NCBI GenBank assembly: GCA_021792255.1
Contig: JAJYUZ010000003.1
Span: forward strand, 64,001 to 128,000
Direction: 5' to 3'
Origin: Thermoplasmata archaeon
GTDB lineage: Archaea; Thermoplasmatota; Thermoplasmata; Thermoplasmatales; GCA-001856825
Length of the DNA: 64,000 nucleotides
Position 1 is the first letter of the stretch, and the number at the start of each line of letters is the position of its first letter. Positions 59,806 to 64,000 of the stretch are shown here, piece by piece. The position numbers and the translations under genes are program-made. The notes beneath the pieces are model-generated. The model saw nothing but the letters and a program-made list of their open reading frames with translations, was not told where the DNA came from and searched no databases.

Positions 59806-59932
59806 AAAATTAATCTCCACAGTTAACGAATATGCATTTCCCAAAATTTATGCCAATAATTTGCTACTGTGTGATCGGCTGTCTGATTTAAGTGCAGATA
59901 GTTTAAAGTAAAAGAATCAGATTGAATCCCAT

Positions 59933-60583
59933 ATGAAAGTTAGAGCAATATACGATCTAAGCGTGACAATCGAACCAGGGATGGCGACATGGCCGACAAA
60001 TCCAGAGGTTGTACTGAACCAGGAATGGACCTATGAGAAAGATGGATACAAAGAAGAAATGTACTCCTCTTCAACTCACACCGGAACACACTTTGATGCT
60101 CCAATCCACATGTTCAAGGAAGGCCAGTCTGTTGACCAACTTGATCTGCGAATGCTTGTTTCGGAAGGATACTGCATTCGCCCGAAATTCTCGGGGACCG
60201 AAATTCATCTCGACGATATCAAAAAAGTGTGGAATGAAAACTACGACGGCAAAACGATTTTGATAAATACGGGCTGGGACAAGAAGCGCTCAAAGAGCGA
60301 AGAATGGCAGTACAAGTTTCCGGGACTCGCTGAAGACACAATCGACTTCTTCGGCGAAAAGAAGATCAAATTAATAGGAATAGACACACTTGGAATTGAA
60401 GCAGCAGATCATACGACCTTCCCAGTGCACATCGGTCTTGAGAAGTACGGGATTACGTTTATAGAGGACATGCGAAATCTTGATCAGCTTCAAGCGGGAA
60501 AACCCTATCTCGTGGCGGCGCTGCCACTGAAACTAAAAGGCGCTAGCGGATCCATGTGTCGCACGGTGGCAATTGAACTGTAA
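59933..60583 (+). CDS. Cyclase family metal hydrolase, copy 2
   Basis: 'HTGTHFDAPIH', 'WPTNP', 'LINTGWDKKR' shared with copy 1. Confidence 0.92.
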   Translation: MKVRAIYDLSVTIEPGMATWPTNPEVVLNQEWTYEKDGYKEEMYSSSTHTGTHFDAPIHMFKEGQSVDQLDLRMLVSEGYCIRPKFSGTEIHLDDIKKVWNENYDGKTILINTGWDKKRSKSEEWQYKFPGLAEDTIDFFGEKKIKLIGIDTLGIEAADHTTFPVHIGLEKYGITFIEDMRNLDQLQAGKPYLVAALPLKLKGASGSMCRTVAIEL

Positions 60584-60763
60584 AGTGCAATGTTGGTACA
60601 AAAGACTCTACATGCTGGATGCTTTGATACCGCTGCCTATCCTGAAATCCGTATCACAGATTGGATGTGAAGATTGAGTAAAGTGCAGAGGTATTTCTGA
60701 CGATGTGAATTCCTCTGAACACGAGCAAATCCGATCCTTTTTCCTCCCAACAGATGAATTATC

Positions 60764-61717
60764 CTATCGCAATATGGTCACGAGGTCAGTAAGCGCAGCT
60801 TGAGCTGTCTGGATCTTTCCCGCTCCAGGTCCCATGCTGTATATCTTTCCCATCGTGTCTGTCTCAATCTCTATTGCATTCATAACACCACTTACTCCTG
60901 ACAGAATATCGTCCTTGGAGAGCTGCATAGGTCTCACATAGGCCGTCGATCTATCGGCATATGCAACGAGTTTTGTTTTCGCCTTTGCCTGCTCAGGTGT
61001 CACATTTCTGATTCCTTCAATCTTTAGGTCTGCGAATTCGTGTTTCCATCCCAAGATGTGGGAGATTATTGTGATCTTGGAAGCGGTATCGTACCCGTCA
61101 ACATCGTTCGTTGGGTCCGCTTCTGCGTAACCAAGTTCCTGGGCTTCTTTTAGTGCTACTGAAAAATTCTTTCCCTGCTCCATAGAGGTGAGAATGTAAT
61201 TGGTTGTCCCGTTCATGACACCCCTGACGCTTTTCACTTCTGCCCCTGGAAGCAAATCTAGGATATTGAATGACGGAGTGCCTGCCATTACAGTTCCTTT
61301 CATCAGGAATTTTACACCCTTCTTCTTTGCGAGTTCCGTCAGTTCCTTGTATTTGAGCGCAGAAGGTCCTTTGTTCGTGGTTATCACATGTTTACCTAAT
61401 TCCAGCGCAGTCCTGACGTGCGAATATGCTGGTTCCGCAGTCTTAAGGTTCAGCCAAGTGAACTCACATACTATATCCGCGTCCGATTCCTTGATTGTTG
61501 AAATGACATCCTTCTGTGGAAAAATTTTACCACTGGCAATCTCTCTTATGATGTCTTGTTTAGGGTTGATTATGTGACCGTACTTCATGTCGACTATTTC
61601 GCTTATCGAAACATTGTTCAATCCCAGGGAGTCTTTCTTTCTTGAGAATAAATCGAAAAATCCCTGCCCAACTGTTCCAAAACCTAGTATCAAAATCTTG
61701 GACTTTTTCGAGGTCAT
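60764..61717 (-). CDS. hom: Homoserine dehydrogenase
   Basis: 'GFGTVG', 'HVITTNKGP', 'NGTTNYIL', 'GYAEADP..DVDG.D', 'GPGAG'. Confidence 0.93.
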   Translation of the reverse strand: MTSKKSKILILGFGTVGQGFFDLFSRKKDSLGLNNVSISEIVDMKYGHIINPKQDIIREIASGKIFPQKDVISTIKESDADIVCEFTWLNLKTAEPAYSHVRTALELGKHVITTNKGPSALKYKELTELAKKKGVKFLMKGTVMAGTPSFNILDLLPGAEVKSVRGVMNGTTNYILTSMEQGKNFSVALKEAQELGYAEADPTNDVDGYDTASKITIISHILGWKHEFADLKIEGIRNVTPEQAKAKTKLVAYADRSTAYVRPMQLSKDDILSGVSGVMNAIEIETDTMGKIYSMGPGAGKIQTAQAALTDLVTILR

Positions 61718-61848
61718 GTCGAATCATCGTTTGCGAATAGTTAAAGATTCTGGTGAGGACAAGAAAACGCCGCAGAATGTGGAAGGAGTTTGGGTCTAAA
61801 CGAGGGATATTTTAGTGGGGCTGAGACCTAAATATTGGTTTGAACCGG

Positions 61849-62730
61849 CTATCCAAATTTTTTTAGCCAGAATCTCGCAATTTCCTCTCTCGTAGCTATC
61901 CAGAGTTTTTCCTTATTCTTGACATATTTAAGAAATCCTTCAAGTGCAGGCAGTCTCCCGGCCCTCCCTGTTACTCTGATGTGAAATGCCGCAGACATCA
62001 TCTTTGAATTCCTATCAGACTCCCGGTAGAGCGTGTCGAACGAATCTTTCAGATACGAGAGGAAATCAGAGCTGTTGGAGAATCTGTTCATCGGATTTTG
62101 AAAGTGGAAATCATTAGAGTCTGGTGCGTATGGAACTATCAGCATACCCGTCCCCTTGTCAAAGTAAGGTATGTCGTCTGCATATGAATCAGAGTCGTAA
62201 ATGAAATTCTTGGACTCCTTCAGGAGTTCCAAAGTGTTGGGGCTGGGTTCTCTTGCGTAAAAACCTACAGGCCTCTTTCCCGTTATTTCAGTTATCAGAT
62301 CGACGGACTTCTTTATCTCCTTCCTCTCTTCTTCTTTCGTCATCCTGTATAGTTCTGTCCAAGAAAATCCATGGTCGCATATCTCGTGACCTTCTTTGAT
62401 TATTGCCTTCGCGGCCTCCCTGTTGGCATCCAGAGATCTGGCCGTCGCATAGAACGTTGCTCTAACGTTGTATTTTCCAAGTAGGTCTAATATCCTCCAT
62501 ATTCCAACTCGTTGTCCGTACTCATAGACGGACTCCATACCTACATCCCTGACCTTGACATCCACTGGCCCGAATTCACCTATAGTTTCGACAGTGTTGT
62601 CCGTTGCGACCGAATGTTCGCTCCCTTCCTCATAGTTGAAAACGAGAGATAGGGCAAGTGTTTTTCCTCCTGGCCATTTGAACTTTGGAGGAAACCGCCC
62701 GTAACCGACATAGTCTCTTGAGTTTTCCAT
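61849..62730 (-). CDS. Polysaccharide deacetylase-fold hydrolase, PuuE allantoinase-like
   Basis: 'RDYVGYG..PP...WPGG', 'NYEEGSE', 'MES.YEYG.RVG.WR', 'YDSDSYADDIPY', 'WIATREEIA'. Confidence 0.85.
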   Translation of the reverse strand: MENSRDYVGYGRFPPKFKWPGGKTLALSLVFNYEEGSEHSVATDNTVETIGEFGPVDVKVRDVGMESVYEYGQRVGIWRILDLLGKYNVRATFYATARSLDANREAAKAIIKEGHEICDHGFSWTELYRMTKEEERKEIKKSVDLITEITGKRPVGFYAREPSPNTLELLKESKNFIYDSDSYADDIPYFDKGTGMLIVPYAPDSNDFHFQNPMNRFSNSSDFLSYLKDSFDTLYRESDRNSKMMSAAFHIRVTGRAGRLPALEGFLKYVKNKEKLWIATREEIARFWLKKFG

Positions 62731-62841
62731 TCAATATATTATACGCTGCTTAGAGAAAAAAGTAACTATGCCCTCCCAGTGGACGCTGGAAAAAACTGTA
62801 TCGTGCGGTTGCAGAAATGGCATGAACATCGGCATCTTTAC

Positions 62842-63999
62842 TCAAAGTTTCTTGAGTTCCTGTATTACCTTCGAAATGGATTCTTGCGCATCGCCGTAAA
62901 GCATCTTTGTCTTGTCCATATAGAAGAGATCGTTTTCAATCCCTGCAAATCCCTTTCCCGCACCTCTCTTTAGTACCACCACGTTCTTCGATTTGTCAAC
63001 ATCGAGAATCGGCATTCCATAGAGAGCGGTACCGGGAATTCTCGCAGCGGGATTGACTACGTCATTTGCTCCGATTACCAGCGAGACGTCAACGTCCTGG
63101 AATGCTCTGTTCGCCTCATCCCGATCTTCTAGGAGATCGTAAGGCACTCCGGCTTCTGCCAGAAGAACGTTCATGTGCCCGGGCATCCTTCCGGCAACCG
63201 GATGGATTGCGAAGAATACCTTTATTCCTTTCGCTATAAGCATATCGGAGAGATCTCTGACCTTGAATTGTGCCTGTGCCGAAGCCATCCCAAATCCCGG
63301 GACTATTGCCACTGTCGAAGCGTACGCAAGCATCACCGCGACATCCTCGCTGCTTATGGGTTTCAGATTTCCAGATACCGTCCTGCTTTCTTCCTGCACC
63401 TTTCCAAATCCCCCTGCCAGTATCGCTACGACCGATCTGTTCATTGCCGTAGCCATCGCAAGAGTCAGAATGGTGCCTGCTGCTCCAACCAGTATTCCTG
63501 CTACTACCATAGCGTAGTTTGATATCGCAAACCCTTCCAGTCCAACTGCTATACCTGTCATTGCATTGTACAGAGAGATGAGAACTGGCATATCTGCCCC
63601 ACCGATCGGGAGGGCCATAAGGAAACCGTATCCTATAGTCAGAATGAAGAAAGGAATCAGCGCCGATCTGTAGGAAATCAGAAGGCTGTGGTGAGTGAGA
63701 AATAGTATTCCAAATAGCACACCCACTGCTACGACTATTAGGTTAGCGGCTTGCTGGAGGGTGAAGATTATAGGCTTCTGTCTTATCCATCCCTGAAGTT
63801 TGAGGAAAGCTATCACACTCCCCGCTATAGACACATTGCCAATTATCGCCCCCACCAAAGCGATCGTGAGATTGAATGAAGATGTACCGAATCGTATCAA
63901 CTCGATTGCTGCTATGCTGGATGCCGCGCCAGCCCCCATTCCGTTGTATATGGCAACCATCTGGGGCATGTCTACTATTGCGACTTTCCTGGCGGCAAT
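62842..63999 (-). CDS. pntB: NAD(P) transhydrogenase subunit beta (5'-partial)
   Basis: 'MPQMVAIYNG', 'PIGGADMPV', 'AMNRS', 'HPVAGRMPGHMNVLLAEA', 'GANDVVNP'. Frame is open to the window end. Confidence 0.96.
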   Translation of the reverse strand: MAARKVAIVDMPQMVAIYNGMGAGAASSIAAIELIRFGTSSFNLTIALVGAIIGNVSIAGSVIAFLKLQGWIRQKPIIFTLQQAANLIVVAVGVLFGILFLTHHSLLISYRSALIPFFILTIGYGFLMALPIGGADMPVLISLYNAMTGIAVGLEGFAISNYAMVVAGILVGAAGTILTLAMATAMNRSVVAILAGGFGKVQEESRTVSGNLKPISSEDVAVMLAYASTVAIVPGFGMASAQAQFKVRDLSDMLIAKGIKVFFAIHPVAGRMPGHMNVLLAEAGVPYDLLEDRDEANRAFQDVDVSLVIGANDVVNPAARIPGTALYGMPILDVDKSKNVVVLKRGAGKGFAGIENDLFYMDKTKMLYGDAQESISKVIQELKKL

Positions 64000-64000
64000 G

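Noticed and set aside
1-64000. CRISPR array, rRNA, integrase or att-site duplication
   Set aside because: No regularly spaced repeats, rRNA signatures, recombinase ORF or repeated tRNA 3' end were seen. A by-eye scan could miss short or degenerate repeats.

Overview
Archaeal chromosomal window, most consistent with a Thermoplasmatota (Thermoplasmata-like) organism. Evidence: archaeal AlaRS, Taw1, geranylgeranyl reductase, presenilin homologue, grpE-dnaK-dnaJ, TATA boxes close to start codons, and tRNAs without encoded CCA. 1-23 kb holds mixed housekeeping and accessory genes: transporters, a degenerate KaiC-like fusion, tRNA-Ala, heme O synthase, AlaX, chaperones, two intramembrane proteases, alaS and trmI-taw1. 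23-42 kb is a respiratory supercluster. It has a mycobacterial Sdh1-like (type F) succinate dehydrogenase whose membrane anchor keeps the Cys/His motifs expected for a Rieske-type cluster. This is followed directly by a conventional heme-b sdhACDB, a complex I-like nuo operon lacking NuoEFG, ubiX and a long-chain prenyl synthase. After tRNA-Leu (43-64 kb) lies a patchwork catabolic region. It contains a bacterial-type Icd, a decayed 3-hydroxyacyl-CoA dehydrogenase, and a tnpB-only IS200/IS605 element inserted precisely after TTAT in a HAD gene. It also has a mycobacterial-type MTHFR-like protein, two APC-permease/cyclase pairs, PuuE-like and aminotransferase genes, and the 3' part of pntB. A separate 84-bp structured element resembling an orphan IS605 right end/omegaRNA sits at about 17 kb. 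No CRISPR array or rRNA was seen. All family assignments come from motif recognition by eye, with no database searches.
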